This document shows positions 7,278 to 14,656 of a DNA stretch of 18,447 bases, piece by piece. A program made the translations under genes and the position numbers. The DNA is from a virus (lineage: Duplodnaviria; Heunggongvirae; Uroviricota; Caudoviricetes): IMG/VR virus record IMGVR_UViG_2698536506_000007. One strand, written 5' to 3'. Each line of letters starts with the position of its first letter. Within the stretch, counting starts at the first letter, position 1. The notes under the pieces were generated by a model that ran no database searches, was not told the DNA's origin, and worked only from the letters and a program-made list of their open reading frames with translations.

Positions 7278-7649
7278 CCGCAGTAACTCTTCAAGTTTCC
7301 GTTTATAGAAATCGCGTTTTTGCTCCATATCTCGAATGATCTGCTCTGTGTCGCTTTGAGGTAACTCATCTAAAAGCGATATGATTTTTCGTTGTTGTTC
7401 TGTTAGTTGCAGTTGGTTGTTATTACTGGATACAGCCATCTTATCGCCGAGAGTTTCTTCTTCCATAAAGAACCAATGGACGGGATGTTGTGAGAGCTCT
7501 GCTAATTTTTCCAGTTTATCCATTCTTGGCATCACGCCTTTCAACCAACCTTGCACGGATTGGGGTTTCACACCAAGACGTCTTCCCAGCTCTGACTGGT
7601 TTATATTCAATTCCTGCAACACCTGCTGAAGGCGTTTTACAAAGATCAT
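7257..7649 (-). CDS. Phage repressor, short HTH type without an S24 peptidase domain (about 130 aa)
   Basis: HTH motif NQSELGRRLGVKPQSVQGWLKG; divergent from the cro-like gene; SD GAGGGG upstream of the ATG at 7647-7649; C-terminal half looks coiled-coil-like, with no Ala-Gly/Ser-Lys autocleavage module. Confidence 0.8.
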   Translation of the reverse strand: MIFVKRLQQVLQELNINQSELGRRLGVKPQSVQGWLKGVMPRMDKLEKLAELSQHPVHWFFMEEETLGDKMAVSSNNNQLQLTEQQRKIISLLDELPQSDTEQIIRDMEQKRDFYKRKLEELLRQKNKTA

Positions 7650-7703
7650 CACCACCCCTCATAAGCTAATCTCGTAATCCTACAGAAAAAATTGATAGGC
7701 GGC

Positions 7704-7743
7704 ATTACAAATAGAAGTTGAATTTTAAGATTAAATTTGTAAT
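7704..7743. promoter_or_regulatory. Candidate OR-like operator region between the repressor and cro-like genes
   Basis: Inverted 9-mers ATTACAAAT (7704-7712) and ATTTGTAAT (7735-7743), the same half-site as at 6452-6501; rightward promoter-like TTGAAT-17-AATCAT (7718-7746). Confidence 0.4.
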
Positions 7744-7775
7744 CATCGATATCATCGTAAAGTCTGGAGGGGAAC

Positions 7776-8048
7776 ATGCAAAGAAGTACTCAAGTGAAAA
7801 TCCTGTCGATAATGAGCCAATCAGAATTAGGGCGTCGTCTTGGTAAAACACCACAAACCATAAGCGGGTGGTTTAAAAAACGAGTTCCTGCAGAGGAGGT
7901 TATTCCAGCATGTGAGGCGCTTGGATGGGGAGTAACTCCGCATGAATTGCGCCCTGATAAATACCCTAACTCAACGGACGGTTTACCTGTTGGATATAAG
8001 GCTAACACACCAAATGCACCGGAGTTGATTCATGAAAATCAAGCATGA
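7776..8048 (+). CDS. Cro/YdaS-like HTH protein (90 aa)
   Basis: HTH SQSELGRRLGKTPQTISGWFKK; divergent from the repressor; strong SD (GGAGGGG); C-terminal ...TPHELRPDKYP resembles the YdaS family as recalled. Confidence 0.8.
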   Translation: MQRSTQVKILSIMSQSELGRRLGKTPQTISGWFKKRVPAEEVIPACEALGWGVTPHELRPDKYPNSTDGLPVGYKANTPNAPELIHENQA

Positions 8049-8457
8049 ACACATCCGCATGGCGATGAATGCCTGGGCACATCTGAACGGTGAAAAAGTT
8101 CCGGCTGCGAAAATTACCAAAGCGTATTTCGAACTCGGTATGACGTTCCCGGAATTGTACGACGACAGCCATCCGGAAGCCCTGGGCCGTAACACCCAGA
8201 AAATTTTCCGCTGGGTGGAGAAAGACACTCCTGATGCGGTTAAAAAAATTCAGGCGTTGTTACCAGCGATCGAAAAAGCGATGCCGCCTCCGCTGGTGGC
8301 CCGAATGCGCAGCCACAGTTCCGCTTATTTTCGGGAGTTGGTAGAGACGAAGGAACGGCTGGTGAAAGATATTGATGATTTCGTTGCATCAGCGATCGTT
8401 CTGTTCGATCAGATGAATCGTGGTGGCCCGGCAGGAAACACTCTGGCTGTGCATTAA
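8032..8457 (+). CDS. YdaT-like protein (141 aa)
   Basis: Starts MKIKHEHI as I recall for Rac YdaT; overlaps the cro/YdaS-like gene by 17 nt; the Cro-like then YdaT-like order matches Rac. Confidence 0.65.
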   Translation: MKIKHEHIRMAMNAWAHLNGEKVPAAKITKAYFELGMTFPELYDDSHPEALGRNTQKIFRWVEKDTPDAVKKIQALLPAIEKAMPPPLVARMRSHSSAYFRELVETKERLVKDIDDFVASAIVLFDQMNRGGPAGNTLAVH

Positions 8458-8470
8458 TTGGGTAATAAAT

Positions 8471-8980
8471 ATGAGTAATGACAAAAAATTGACACTGAGC
8501 GTTTACGAAAACAGTCCGCACATCTGGCGTGGCGGTTTATCTGATGTGGAGCTGGCAGAGTGGTTGATACATAAAGCTAATGCGCTGCTCTGGCGTTTGT
8601 CAGCCAGAGAACAGCGCAAGGAAACCAGAATAAAGCTGGCTGATGCAGAAGCGTGTGCCGGGCTTATTGAGGATTATACAAATCTTGGTATTTCTTCAGC
8701 AGAGAGTGATCCCATTCAGCCTCTGAGCAGGGAGTCAATCCAGCACGCTGGTTGTATGGCACATCTTGTAACTGCTCGTCAACATGAGGTGGGTATTGGA
8801 TCACTTTCGGTGGGATATTCGCTGATTCCAGAGCTGGTTGAAGCAAGAAAATCAGTTCAGAAAAAGAGAGATGACGCACTTCAATTATTGAGAGATCACT
8901 ATGGCGCGATACCAGAATGCGAACAGCGTCGATACCCTGAAGGTTATGAATGGATGCAGTCTCTTTTTGAAGTTCGCTAA
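8471..8980 (+). CDS. Hypothetical protein (about 169 aa)
   Basis: ORF-track ORF 8420-8980 trimmed to the ATG at 8471 (MSNDKKLTL...); sits between the YdaT-like and replication genes. Confidence 0.6.
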   Translation: MSNDKKLTLSVYENSPHIWRGGLSDVELAEWLIHKANALLWRLSAREQRKETRIKLADAEACAGLIEDYTNLGISSAESDPIQPLSRESIQHAGCMAHLVTARQHEVGIGSLSVGYSLIPELVEARKSVQKKRDDALQLLRDHYGAIPECEQRRYPEGYEWMQSLFEVR

Positions 8981-9197
8981 TCAATATGTCGAGACGAAGG
9001 TATGTTTCGGCGCGCAGCCAGGCTCTGTAATCCGGGAGCATTTCGGGGCTGTTACACCAGCGGTTTGTTGCTGCAACATTTAATACATGAGCCTGATAAA
9101 GGCTTTTCAAAAAATACATGTCGAACCTCCTCTGGTTCTGTTGATTGGGAACCACAGATTATATCCGGAGGAAGGTTCGGCACCAGATGAGGTAGCC

Positions 9198-10307
9198 ATG
9201 CGTGATTACGCAAAAGTTTCTCCGCGATTCTGGCTGGGAGAAACGGGGAGAGAACTTAGAAAGGCGGGTGCAGAAGCGCAAGTTGTTGCTTTTTACCTGA
9301 TGACATCCCCTCACGCAAATATGCTGGGTTTGTATTACCTGCCAGTTTTATACCTTGCTCATGAAACCGGGCTTGGTCTGGAAGGGGCTTCAAAGGGGCT
9401 TAAAAGGGCTGTTGAAGCTGGTTTTTGTAGCTATGACCATGATGCCGAGATGGTCTGGGTCCATGAAATGGCAGCCTGGCAGGTTGGGGAAACGTTGAAG
9501 CCAGGCGATAACCGTTGTGCAGGTGTCAGGAATGAGTATGCATCATTACCTGAAAACGCTTTTCTGTCAGCGTTTTACGACAGATATAAAACGGATTTCC
9601 ATCTTGATGTGAGGCGGAATAATAGCCGAAATTCGGTAAGGGGCTTCGAAGGGGCTTTTAAGGGGCTTCGAAGCCAAGAACAGGAGCAGGAGAAAGAACA
9701 GGAACAGGACAAAAACACTATGGTTCATGGCGAAAAAAACACCATGAACCAGGCAGGGGATGTTCAGACCGTAAATTCTGGTCAGCCAGCAGGCACGACA
9801 CCGGAAGCCGATTCGGCGTATGCGCTGAAAGCCGATTCGGGCGCTGTGCAGCAGGCGATGACCGCAGGGTCGGAGCAATCACACCAACTGCAGCAGCCTG
9901 AAGCCGATTCCGCCATTCAGCGGGAAGCCGATCGGGTAGTCCCGGAAAACACCGGGCGGCCTGTGGGACGAGTGGATTATCCGGATGTGTTCGAACAGGT
10001 CTGGCGGGAATACCCGTTGCGTGCCGGGGCAAACCCGAAGAAATCCGCATTCAGTGCCTGGAAGGCCAGATTGCGCGAGGGGGTGCCACCAGAGACCATG
10101 CTGGATGGTGTGAGGCGTTACGCGAGATACCTGGCGGCGACCGGGAAAGCGGGAACGGAATTTGTTCAGCGAGCGACGACGTTTTTTGGACCGGACCGGA
10201 ATTTTGAAAACCCCTGGTTGCTCCCGGTAAGCGGCACGAACAACCAGCGTTGTGTGAATCACATTTCTGAACCGGACACCGAAATTCCACCAGGGTTCAG
10301 GGGATAA
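9198..10307 (+). CDS. Putative replication initiator/replisome organiser (about 369 aa; alternative upstream start at 9087)
   Basis: Position after cro/ydaT; contains two iteron clusters in its coding sequence (ori-within-gene arrangement as in lambda O); C-terminal ...FEQVWREYPLRAGANPKKSAFSAWKARL... resembles phage replication proteins; preferred ATG at 9198 has GAGG 5 nt upstream. Confidence 0.65.
   Translation: MRDYAKVSPRFWLGETGRELRKAGAEAQVVAFYLMTSPHANMLGLYYLPVLYLAHETGLGLEGASKGLKRAVEAGFCSYDHDAEMVWVHEMAAWQVGETLKPGDNRCAGVRNEYASLPENAFLSAFYDRYKTDFHLDVRRNNSRNSVRGFEGAFKGLRSQEQEQEKEQEQDKNTMVHGEKNTMNQAGDVQTVNSGQPAGTTPEADSAYALKADSGAVQQAMTAGSEQSHQLQQPEADSAIQREADRVVPENTGRPVGRVDYPDVFEQVWREYPLRAGANPKKSAFSAWKARLREGVPPETMLDGVRRYARYLAATGKAGTEFVQRATTFFGPDRNFENPWLLPVSGTNNQRCVNHISEPDTEIPPGFRG
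9384..9411. repeat. Iteron cluster 1: three GGGGCTT-type direct repeats at 11-bp spacing
   Basis: GGGGCTTcaaaGGGGCTTaaaaGGGCTG (9384-9411). Confidence 0.5.
9649..9677. repeat. Iteron cluster 2: three GGGGCTT direct repeats at 11-bp spacing, followed by a purine-rich tract and a 10-bp inverted repeat
   Basis: GGGGCTTcgaaGGGGCTTttaaGGGGCTT (9649-9677); downstream CAGGAGCAGGAGAAAGAACAGGAACAGGACAAAAACAC and TGGTTCATGG..CCATGAACCA (about 9718-9750). Confidence 0.5.
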
Positions 10308-10352
10308 GTTTTGTTTGAGATTGGTAAATAATTTTTAACGGGAGAAATTTTA

Positions 10353-11138
10353 ATGGAAACGTTGATTGATACGTTAAAAGCGATGCAAAAGGTGACGTGC
10401 ACTGAGCTTGCTACCAGTTTGGGCATTGCACCGGCTGAGGCGATTAAAATGTTGCGGGAGTACGAAGAGCAGGGAGAAGTTGTATCGGTTAATGGTTACT
10501 GGTCTGTTTCAGAACGACAAAGTGGCGTGAAAGAAAAAACAGTGCCGGTGTGTAAAGCGGAAAGAAAATCCCGCATGGTGGTCAGCAGAAAAGACCGTGA
10601 GCCACTGAATCGCTGCGACATCCTGTCCACACTTGCTCATGGTGGGGCAATGACCACCGCTGAGATTGCAATTGCTGTGGGGCGTGCTGATTGCGTCAGG
10701 TCGCTGGTTTCTGCGATGGAAAAGCTTTGCCGCGATGGCATGGCGATTAAGCTGGGACAGGGGAAGGGGTGTAAGTGGATGCTGGTAAAAGAAACCGGGG
10801 AAAATTTACCAGCAGAGCCGAAATTTGTATCGGTAGCGAAAACTGATGGTAAAGCCTTTCCTCAGCCAGCGGGGGTTGCGTTACCAGTACAGGAGGTTGC
10901 AACACAGGAAGATATTAAAACAGAAACTGTGGCGGACATTGTGCAGTCGCTGCCATCGTTTACCGAAACGCGTGCGAATGACCTGATTTTACCATCGCTG
11001 CACATGGCAAACCGCGAACTACGTCGGGCGAAAAATCATGTCCGGAAGTGGGAGCGAGTCTGCGCGGCGCTGCGGGAGCTTAACAAGCACCGGGATATTG
11101 TACGGCAGATGAATTGTTCCAGAGAGGATGTGAAGTGA
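10353..11138 (+). CDS. Hypothetical protein (261 aa), possibly with two winged-helix-like segments
   Basis: Long ORF after the replication gene; the winged-helix suggestion is from composition and pattern only. Confidence 0.65.
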   Translation: METLIDTLKAMQKVTCTELATSLGIAPAEAIKMLREYEEQGEVVSVNGYWSVSERQSGVKEKTVPVCKAERKSRMVVSRKDREPLNRCDILSTLAHGGAMTTAEIAIAVGRADCVRSLVSAMEKLCRDGMAIKLGQGKGCKWMLVKETGENLPAEPKFVSVAKTDGKAFPQPAGVALPVQEVATQEDIKTETVADIVQSLPSFTETRANDLILPSLHMANRELRRAKNHVRKWERVCAALRELNKHRDIVRQMNCSREDVK

Positions 11139-11449
11139 GATGGCGTGGCTGGGTGCGGGCTGAAATCCTTATTCTGCGGCAGTGCGCGGGAACAATGAAG
11201 GTAAAAAGCATCGGCAGTCTGATTGGTCGTAGTGAGGCGGCTGTCAGGACGAAAGCCCGGGAGATGGGAATAAGTCTGATTCTGCGTGGTGATTTTCACC
11301 AGTCAGCAAAATATCTTCAGAGCGATATTGAGCTGGCGCGACAACTGCATCAGCGTGGCGTGTCCAGGAGAGAAATCGCCATAAAATTTGGAATGTCGTT
11401 GCGCACAGTGAATAACTACGTTTATTTCGACAGGAGAGTTCAGGAGTGA
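11135..11449 (+). CDS. Small DNA-binding protein with C-terminal HTH (about 104 aa; GTG start overlapping the upstream stop)
   Basis: GTGA overlap with the preceding gene, AGAGAGGA SD; C-terminal GVSRREIAIKFGMSLRTVNNYV is HTH-like. Confidence 0.55.
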   Translation: MRWRGWVRAEILILRQCAGTMKVKSIGSLIGRSEAAVRTKAREMGISLILRGDFHQSAKYLQSDIELARQLHQRGVSRREIAIKFGMSLRTVNNYVYFDRRVQE

Positions 11450-11742
11450 GGGTGAGAGTTTATATTGCCGGCCCAATGACGGGATATAAAAATTTCAACC
11501 GTGAGGCGTTTCACAAGGCGGAAGAGGAACTGAAACGTGAAGGGCATACCGTCTTAAACCCGGCAGTACTTCCGGACGGACTGACTCAGTTGCAGTACAT
11601 GGATATCTGCATGGCGATGATACGTTGCGTGGATGCGATTTATATGCTGAATGGCTGGCAGCGGTCGGCAGGTGCTAAGGCAGAACTGGCACTTGCGGAG
11701 AAGCTGGGGCATGCGGTTATTTTACAGAAGGCGATGCAGTGA
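11446..11742 (+). CDS. DUF4406-like / nucleoside 2-deoxyribosyltransferase-like small protein (98 aa)
   Basis: N-terminal VYIAGPMTG motif typical of that fold; overlapping start/stop with neighbours. Confidence 0.6.
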   Translation: MRVRVYIAGPMTGYKNFNREAFHKAEEELKREGHTVLNPAVLPDGLTQLQYMDICMAMIRCVDAIYMLNGWQRSAGAKAELALAEKLGHAVILQKAMQ

Positions 11743-11921
11743 ATATGTTCTGGATAATCAAAATTGAGCTGTTTGTTATTGTTTTCCTGATCAGTGCATT
11801 TCTGGCAGCGGCTTTTATTATCTGGGAAAATCCTTTTCGACATATCAGTCCACTGTTTGCAATCAGGGTGTTAATAGCATCGGTTGTAGTGGTGTGGTTA
11901 ATTTGTTTTGCATTATTTTAA
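11739..11921 (+). CDS. Small membrane protein (about 60 aa, two hydrophobic helices)
   Basis: GTG start overlapping the upstream stop (or ATG at 11745); strongly hydrophobic sequence. Confidence 0.45.
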   Translation: MNMFWIIKIELFVIVFLISAFLAAAFIIWENPFRHISPLFAIRVLIASVVVVWLICFALF

Positions 11922-11934
11922 TGGAGTTAATGTT

Positions 11935-12249
11935 ATGAACGAAATCAAAGAAATGCCGGTAGAACGTGATGCATATGGATGCTGGACACATCCTGAATAT
12001 GAAAAATTTTGTGATGGCCGGGAATATATTTCGACGGAAGAATTTAATGCATGGATGAAGGTGAATAATCTTCAGTGGACCATTCGCGCAATGGATGAAG
12101 ATGATTTTAATCCGGATGCGGATGGTCCTGATATTGCCGCATGGGAGCCGGAACGACCAGAGGGTGAGGGGTGGTTTATTGGCTCCATTCATGACACGGA
12201 AGACGGTCCGGTTTGTATCTGGTTGCGGAATTGTGAGGTGACACAGTGA
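11935..12249 (+). CDS. Hypothetical protein (104 aa)
   Basis: ATG at 11935 preceded by GGAG; acidic protein; ORF-track ORF 11908-12249 trimmed. Confidence 0.6.
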   Translation: MNEIKEMPVERDAYGCWTHPEYEKFCDGREYISTEEFNAWMKVNNLQWTIRAMDEDDFNPDADGPDIAAWEPERPEGEGWFIGSIHDTEDGPVCIWLRNCEVTQ

Positions 12250-12575
12250 ATCAGATTAACTGTCAGGCACTGCGTGAGGCGGCAGAAGCAATAAAAACAG
12301 CAGCCACACCACAAAAATTGCTGGCATTTCGTATGAAAGCCACACCGCAGGTTGTGCTGGCTTTGCTGGATGAGCTGGAAGCCAGAGACAAACGCATTGC
12401 AGAGATGGAAGTAAGGGATGTGCAGTTACCGACTTGCTATGAGCCTCGATATGGTCATCCGATAAATACTGATGAGCGATGCGTCATGATACCCAGTGAG
12501 CATGGACGCTGGCTTTATCTGGCTGACTTAGAGCATGCACTACGAGTGGCAGGTATTCGCATCAAAGGAGAGTGA
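12246..12575 (+). CDS. Hypothetical protein (109 aa)
   Basis: GTGA overlap with the upstream gene; part of the overlapping nin-like gene chain. Confidence 0.6.
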   Translation: MNQINCQALREAAEAIKTAATPQKLLAFRMKATPQVVLALLDELEARDKRIAEMEVRDVQLPTCYEPRYGHPINTDERCVMIPSEHGRWLYLADLEHALRVAGIRIKGE

Positions 12576-12576
12576 C

Positions 12577-12933
12577 GTGGAAATAACCCCAGAAGATGAG
12601 TCCGGGAATATTGTTTTATTTCCGGTAAAAGAGGATGACCCACGTAATCAGGTGAATTTTCTTTATGAGCCATCGGAAAGACCATATTGTCATCACGCCT
12701 CTGTTCGGGTTGACGAAAAAGAGCGTCAGGTCCGCTGTAAAATCTGCGGTGCAGTTGTGGAGCCGTTTGACTGGATGCTCTCTGTGGCGAAAAGAGAAAC
12801 CAGACTGGCAGATGATGTAAGGCTATTGCGCCAGGAGGAACAGGAAAGACGTAAAAATATAGAAAAGCTAATTCAGATTGAGCGTAATGTGAAAGCGCGG
12901 ATACGCAGGGCGACAAAACTTAGCCCAGAATAA
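12577..12933 (+). CDS. Hypothetical protein with putative zinc ribbon (about 118 aa)
   Basis: GTG at 12577 preceded by AGGAG at 6 nt; cysteine motif C..HH..CKIC. Confidence 0.55.
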   Translation: MEITPEDESGNIVLFPVKEDDPRNQVNFLYEPSERPYCHHASVRVDEKERQVRCKICGAVVEPFDWMLSVAKRETRLADDVRLLRQEEQERRKNIEKLIQIERNVKARIRRATKLSPE

Positions 12934-13023
12934 TCAACATTATTATTGAAAATATAATCCTTAACCGGAGGGATTTCTGCACCCTCAAAACATCAGGAGG
13001 CCGCCCGAAAGGGCGGTAAGACA

Positions 13024-13197
13024 ATGCGAAAATTCAAAATAGTTATCGAAACGAGGATTGTTGGTGGCGTGCGTGAAGATGTATTTGAAGTGGATGATGA
13101 CGCGACTCCTGAGGAAATAGAAAACGAGGCAATTGATGTTTTCTTTAATCACTGCAATTACTCAATTTACGAAATAAAAGACGAAGTGGAAGAGTAA
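13024..13197 (+). CDS. Small acidic protein (57 aa)
   Basis: ORF below the track cutoff; AGGAGG (12995-13000) separated from the ATG by a GAAA-tetraloop hairpin (13001-13016); stop lies 1 nt before the next gene's ATG. Confidence 0.4.
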   Translation: MRKFKIVIETRIVGGVREDVFEVDDDATPEEIENEAIDVFFNHCNYSIYEIKDEVEE

Positions 13198-13198
13198 A

Positions 13199-13561
13199 AT
13201 GGCGACTTTGACCAAAGAAGAACGGTTTACCAAAGAGCAGTTAATAGCCCACGCAGAGGAGACTATTGAATCACAGAGACTGTGCATACCCGGCACAATC
13301 GACCATGACCTCATTCGCGCATATAAGATGGATATTGCTGTTCTGGAAATTGCACTGCAATTGCTGGCAGCAGCGCCAGTTGGTAAATTTTATGAATACA
13401 AACCAGTGGGGTATCAGCGTCTGGTCGACGAGTTAACCATGCAGGTAAAGCGGTTAGCCTGGCAACTGAGGAAAGCGAAGCCGGACTGCAAACTGCCGGA
13501 TAAGGCGATGGACTACCTGGAGCGAAACGGACTGAAAAGCGAGGAGGATGTTTTACGATGA
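13199..13561 (+). CDS. Hypothetical protein (120 aa)
   Basis: ORF in the nin-like chain. Confidence 0.6.
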   Translation: MATLTKEERFTKEQLIAHAEETIESQRLCIPGTIDHDLIRAYKMDIAVLEIALQLLAAAPVGKFYEYKPVGYQRLVDELTMQVKRLAWQLRKAKPDCKLPDKAMDYLERNGLKSEEDVLR

Positions 13562-13641
13562 CCTGGCCTGAAGCATTCACAACGGCAGGAATTGCGATGG
13601 CGGTGGCGCTGGTGGTGTATTCGATTTGCCGCTGGGGATAA
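13558..13641 (+). CDS. Possible small hydrophobic peptide (27 aa, [27 protein letters not shown])
   Basis: ATGA overlap with the upstream stop; single predicted TM segment; directly followed by a strong terminator. Confidence 0.3.
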   Translation: MTWPEAFTTAGIAMAVALVVYSICRWG

Positions 13642-13651
13642 TAAATAAAAA

Positions 13652-13677
13652 CCCCGGACTATCAATCCGGGGTTTTT
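13652..13677 (+). terminator. Rho-independent terminator ending the rightward nin-like gene chain
   Basis: CCCCGGA-ctatcaa-TCCGGGG followed by TTTTT. Confidence 0.7.
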
Positions 13678-13832
13678 GAAGGAAGCAAAAAGAAACGACT
13701 ACCATCGCTACCAGTTGCTACCACGACAAGTTAACGTATCACAGGCGAGCGCATTGCGCCGTTCTGACGCGCATAAGGTAGATCAGATTTCAGGAGCTGG
13801 CAATAAAAAGTTGGTGGAAAGTCTGATGCAGA

Positions 13833-13860
13833 TGTGAAAAGACAGCCCCGAAAACGGGGC
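13833..13860 (-). terminator. Candidate terminator for the leftward coiled-coil gene
   Basis: Hairpin GCCCCG-aaaa-CGGGGC (13845-13860) immediately 3' of the gene; minus-strand downstream sequence TGTCTTTTCAC. Confidence 0.5.
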
Positions 13861-13868
13861 CGGATTTA

Positions 13869-14201
13869 CTAAGCACCAATAATTCTGAAGATGTAATCCT
13901 TGAAGATGAGAGCCAGAGCGGCAGCAACAATAAACCACTGGAGTCGATCAAACTTGGTTTCCAGTTTGTCCAGACGCTTATCAACAGATATTAGCTGGTT
14001 TTGTAAAGAATTAAAGCGACTATCGACCTCACGACGCAAGTTATCAACGTTGTCCTGCGAAGAATTGAATCGACTATCAATTTCACGACGGAGGTTATCA
14101 ACGTTTTCTTGTGTTGCCAGGTGTTGCATGTTCTGCTGGCGATGCAACAAAGCATTCAGCACATCGCTGGTGCTGAACTCAATTTTTTTGTCGTCACTCA
14201 T
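13869..14201 (-). CDS. Coiled-coil protein with C-terminal transmembrane anchor and an internal 18-aa tandem repeat (110 aa)
   Basis: Repeat NVDNLRREIDSRFNSSQD / NVDNLRREVDSRFNSLQN; C-terminal WFIVAAALALIF hydrophobic helix; opposite strand to its neighbours; flanked by terminators. Confidence 0.7.
   Translation of the reverse strand: MSDDKKIEFSTSDVLNALLHRQQNMQHLATQENVDNLRREIDSRFNSSQDNVDNLRREVDSRFNSLQNQLISVDKRLDKLETKFDRLQWFIVAAALALIFKDYIFRIIGA
14007..14114. repeat. Two tandem 54-bp repeats (in-frame duplication inside the coiled-coil gene)
   Basis: Unit starts CGACTATCGACCTCACGACG (14007) and CGACTATCAATTTCACGACG (14061). Confidence 0.7.
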
Positions 14202-14382
14202 GCTGGCCTCCTGTATAGGGAATCGTGGTACAGGAAAAACCTGTTAAGTAAATAGTAAAGTTAATCGCTTCACTCATCAAGAGAGGAAGCACAGAAGCGG
14301 TTGACGACAACAGAAATCAGAGACAATATTGCCGCTCGCCAGCCTGAACAACTGGCACCTGCTGCGCCAGCAGAGAAAACCA

Positions 14383-14655
14383 ATGGCGCACAACACCAAA
14401 CATCACAATTCTGATACCGCCCCTGCCAGCAGATACGGGCGGCGTTCACGCACATTTAAAACCGACTGGTTCCAGCATGATCCATGCACTGAAGAACAGG
14501 CCGAATGGCTGATACAGAACTACCGCAGACGTGGATACGAGTTTCAGAAAGCCCTCAGCCTTGACTTCCGACACTGGATAATTTCAGTCAGGCTCCCTTA
14601 TTCCGAACGTCCACCACACCCGTCCCGCACATTCCAGCAACGGATCTGGAGGTAA
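14383..14655 (+). CDS. Hypothetical basic protein (about 90 aa)
   Basis: ORF-track ORF 14329-14655 trimmed to the ATG at 14383; stop 1 nt before the DUF968 GTG; the ORF carries the DUF968 SD. Confidence 0.4.
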   Translation: MAHNTKHHNSDTAPASRYGRRSRTFKTDWFQHDPCTEEQAEWLIQNYRRRGYEFQKALSLDFRHWIISVRLPYSERPPHPSRTFQQRIWR

Positions 14656-14656
14656 C

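Noticed and set aside
7381-8521. ORFs 7381-7629, 7790-8008, 7983-8228 and 8240-8521
   Set aside because: Antisense to the repressor, cro-like and YdaT-like genes, whose HTH motifs and synteny give them priority.
8664-9190. Minus-strand ORF 8664-9155 (163 aa) and plus-strand ORFs 8901-9083 and 9002-9190
   Set aside because: Overlap the 3' end of the 8471-8980 gene and the region upstream of the replication gene; no SD or family resemblance. The true start of the replication gene (9087 versus 9198) remains uncertain.
9567-10290. Minus-strand ORFs 9567-9878, 9718-10050, 9879-10262 and 10051-10290 within the replication gene
   Set aside because: Antisense to a long ORF; Arg/Pro-rich translations characteristic of the reverse strand of GC-rich coding sequence.
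11036-13984. Minus-strand ORFs across the nin-like chain (11036-11299, 11640-11843, 11863-12192, 12515-12916, 13311-13580, 13790-13984)
   Set aside because: The plus-strand genes form a tightly overlapping, SD-supported chain; these antisense ORFs lack start context. 13790-13984 spans two terminators and an intergenic region.
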